A stretch of 64,000 nt of DNA, from the NCBI GenBank assembly GCA_951406725.2, contig OX597815.1, positions 58,776,001-58,840,000 of the forward strand, given 5' to 3'. Every line of letters begins with the position of its first letter. Within the stretch, counting starts at the first letter, position 1. The stretch comes from Octopus vulgaris. Lineage: Eukaryota. The position numbers were made by a program, and so were the translations under genes. This document shows positions 61,784-64,000 of the stretch, one piece after another. The notes below the pieces were generated by a model. That model had not been told where the DNA came from and did not search any database. It saw only the letters and a program-made list of their open reading frames with translations.

Positions 61784-61960
61784 TCTATTATGTAAAATCT
61801 GTTCTGTCTGTCTGTGTGTGTGTCTTCTAGGATCTTGGGCATCCTCCATCCGATTGCGCTCAGATTTGATATGTAGATACTGATGGTATCAGGGCGTGTA
61901 TAAGTCTTGAAAAAATTACAAAAATCAATTCCAGATGAGAATGTGATTGATAATGCCTTC
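61784..61960 (+). mobile_element. Possible 5' end of a second non-autonomous Helitron-like element
   Basis: TCTATTATGTAAAA..TCTGTCTGTCTGTGTG start similar to 57474. Confidence 0.35.
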
Positions 61961-62128
61961 TTTGGAATCTTTATTTCTTCTTTTGCTGGTGTCTCAAATT
62001 TAGTTTAAATCAGTGTTTCTCAAAGGGGAGGCCTATGGCACGGTCGGGCAAGTTGATTTAAGAAAATTTGACTTAAATGTTTGACAACTCAGCACTGTCC
62101 ATTGGACGGTGGGGGGGGGGGCGTTTTG

Positions 62129-62169
<41 letters not shown>

Positions 62170-62170
<1 letters not shown>

Positions 62171-64000
62171 GGAGTAATCGCATAAATGGGAAACAAAGCG
62201 GAAAAAAGAGTACTCAAATACCAGTGGTAGAGTAATATGCTTTATTTAAAGCAGCAGAAAATTCAACAAAATCTGTTACTCTGAGTTTCTCGTTGCCGTT
62301 CATCAGACAGTTTTTGCTAGAATGGAACCGATATATCAATTCAATCTAGACTCTTACAAACGCTACACCTTTAAAAAATGGACTTGTTTGATTGGCCCTT
62401 TAGAAATAACGGTCAATCTTCGAGCGATAAACAAAAAAAGCTCAAAAATATATGTATATATATATATAAAAATTATAAAAATTATAGAAATTATAAAATT
62501 CGAGGAAAAAACCTTACATTGAATAAAATACATATTGACGTTAATGAAGAAAATATAATTAATGCATAGAAATTAAAACTTATAAATATTACACTGCAAT
62601 ACATATTCATATTAAAGTGTACATATATATATCAACATACACAGAAGGATGCGTGCAAACGCCATACACATACAGACGTATAAATATAAATATAAAATAT
62701 ACACACAAATGCATGCATACATATATGTATGCAATCTATCTCGCACGCAAGTTAAAATCATCGATGTAGCGTTTCTCATTTACTGAGTAAAGCTTAAGTA
62801 AGGGGGATGTAAAGTTGTATCAGTATCAGTTAGAGAAAAAAAACGAAAGAAAGGAAGAGAGAGAAGAAGGGGGAAGGAAAAAAGAAAAAGGAGGGGTGGG
62901 GAAAAAAACGAAATAAGAAAAGTTATGTAACAAACTGTGTAACCGCGTTATTGACATATATGGAGACAAGTATACAAATACACAAGTTCGAATGGATACA
63001 TACACATACAGTCGTGTATTGTCTTTGAATAAAATGTACAGTTTTTCTAATAGGCAAAGCTTGCATTTAAAATTATTTCTGTGTGCTCCATGCCTGTATG
63101 GTGCCGCTCTGTCCAGAATGCTCCATGTCACGTTGAAAGGTGGGGTTTCCTTTTCTTTTAGTTCCCAGACATATTTTGCTAGGCTGGTCCTCTTCCTATT
63201 CTCTGGGTATTTAAATGAATTTTTATGTGAATAAAATCGTGTTTTAAATTAATTTTCTGAAGTCCCTGTGTATGTCTTGTATTCCGATGAGCCTTCTATT
63301 TGCACTTTGGCTCTATAAACTACTCCTTTCACTAGACATTTCCCTTCTAACGAACAGGAGTTTTCGTTTTTGCAATTGCATTTCTTAATGGGCTCGGCAC
63401 CATGTCTAATCTCAATCAGATTCCTATTATGTTGGCTAATGTAAGAGGCGAAATTTCTGCAACAAGAATAGCTAACCTTCAGGGTTCTTCTATTAAATAT
63501 CCTATAGAATTTATGACCCTGCTTAAAATGCTTAGAGACTAATCTCAAAAATTCCTTACCTATATTAGTCTTTACGGCCAAATTGAAAGCCGGGTTGAAC
63601 CACAAAACTTTCCTGGTCCTAGTTCTTCGTGCAGTATTATTACCAGCATTAAGCTGGTTGTACTGAATCTTCTCAGAGAATCCACTATTCTTTAATGCAC
63701 TATCGTAATAAGGTGCAGCATTATGGAATGCTGCCTCGTCCAAAGAAATTGAAGATATTCTTCTACTTACATTGCTGACTAAGTTCCTAAGGATAACTGG
63801 TGGATGGTTCGAATCTTTGCTAATATACGATAGCTTTTCATTGGGCTTACGGAAAGGTCTAAATCTATCCGACCTTACATTAAAATTTACGTCTAAAAAA
63901 TCTACACTATTCAGGTTAGCATCTATTGTAACCCGTAAGCCCATCCTTTGAAAGAAAGCAATAATGTCCTTCCTAAGTCTATCTGATTCATGGCCGTTTA
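62170..64000 (-). mobile_element. Penelope-like element, 3' part (RT C-terminus, linker, GIY-YIG endonuclease, terminal repeat); continues beyond the right window edge
   Basis: ORF 63249..63944 has VDFLDV, SNHPP, LWFNPAF, CNC..CSLEGKCL and VVY..YTG. After one stop it continues FKTRFYSHK..LAKYVWELK..CKLCLLEK. Confidence 0.9.
62273..62310 (-). ncRNA. Minimal type I hammerhead ribozyme in the Penelope terminal region
   Basis: CUGU-CUGAUGA-ACGGCAACGA-GAAA-CUCAGAG-UA^ACAG; the stem II closing pair is an A.A mismatch. Confidence 0.72.

Overview
AT-rich, repeat-dominated eukaryotic (animal) DNA, not prokaryotic. The SINE and repeat families resemble those I know from Octopus, so a coleoid cephalopod origin is my inference. 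The first ~12 kb is mostly (TA)n and compound microsatellite, and the long Ile/Tyr ORFs there are artefacts. The rest is a mosaic of mobile elements: four long pieces plus one tail stub of a CR1-group LINE lineage whose ORF1 carries a Myb/SANT-like domain and CCCH zinc finger(s), tRNA-derived SINEs that share that LINE's 3' stem-loop, several Penelope-like elements with inverted termini and hammerhead-ribozyme motifs, a Helitron, a full-length mariner, and Tc1, hAT, RTE, R4-like and Gypsy remnants. Small + strand exons with mostly compatible splice phases run from ~28.2 to 57.4 kb and suggest a host signalling-adaptor-like gene. Three observations stand out. (1) The near-complete LINE at 51.3-55.2 kb is a single 1251-aa ORF only because of one extra base at a T-run that starts a dual-coding ORF1/ORF2 overlap; this could be a -1 frameshift site, a copy-specific fusion, or an assembly error. 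(2) Type I hammerhead ribozymes with long stem II sit in Penelope termini, some on the host gene's sense strand. (3) A covarying 3' stem-loop links three LINE subfamilies with the SINE, and the copies appear to target (TA)n. All calls are by eye; no searches were run.
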